This document shows, one piece after another, positions 63,914-64,000 of a stretch of 64,000 nucleotides of DNA. Position numbers and translations under genes: made by a program. Below the pieces are notes generated by a model, which was not told the origin of the DNA, ran no database searches, and saw only the letters and a program-made list of their open reading frames with translations. Source of the stretch: Felis catus (Eukaryota); the NCBI RefSeq assembly GCF_018350175.1, contig NC_058369.1:18974001-19038000 (forward strand), in the 5' to 3' direction. The first letter of the stretch is position 1; the number at the start of each line of letters is the position of its first letter.

Positions 63914-64000
63914 GAACCATCCCTTCTCCCTTATAAAACTCTGATTTCATAACGATAATTCCAATTCCGGTTCAGTATCACAGTTCTCCAGCTTTACCCC

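Noticed and set aside
52732..64000. RBM6 exon 7 (expected to begin GTLMIQDKEV)
   Set aside because: Not found; it presumably lies beyond the window

Overview
Mammalian genomic DNA from a felid (about 70 carnivore tRNA-derived Can-SINEs counted by eye, including near-identical young SINEC_Fc-type copies). The window holds the 5' part of RBM6 (RNA-binding motif protein 6) on the + strand: a CpG-island promoter, non-coding exon 1 (ends 2685) and coding exons 2-6 (24764-24872, 28915-30193, 31628-31717, 33411-33480, 52658-52731). These splice in one frame and encode the N-terminal D(F/Y)RGRD decamer-repeat region and most of the first RRM. The gene runs off the window inside intron 6. Introns are filled with SINEs, old and young L1, L2, MIR, Tigger and hAT DNA transposons and LTR remnants. 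The two most unusual signals are (1) an old, decayed composite of sense 18S rRNA joined tail-to-tail to antisense 28S rRNA in intron 1, and (2) two SINE-free islands, before exon 3 and around the frame-shifting 74-nt exon 6, that contain well-formed extra splice sites, stop-containing candidate exons, a hairpin and G-runs, suggestive of AS-NMD control. I see no evidence for a new protein-coding system. Repeat family names and rRNA matches come from recalled consensus sequences, not a database search, and repeat boundaries are approximate.
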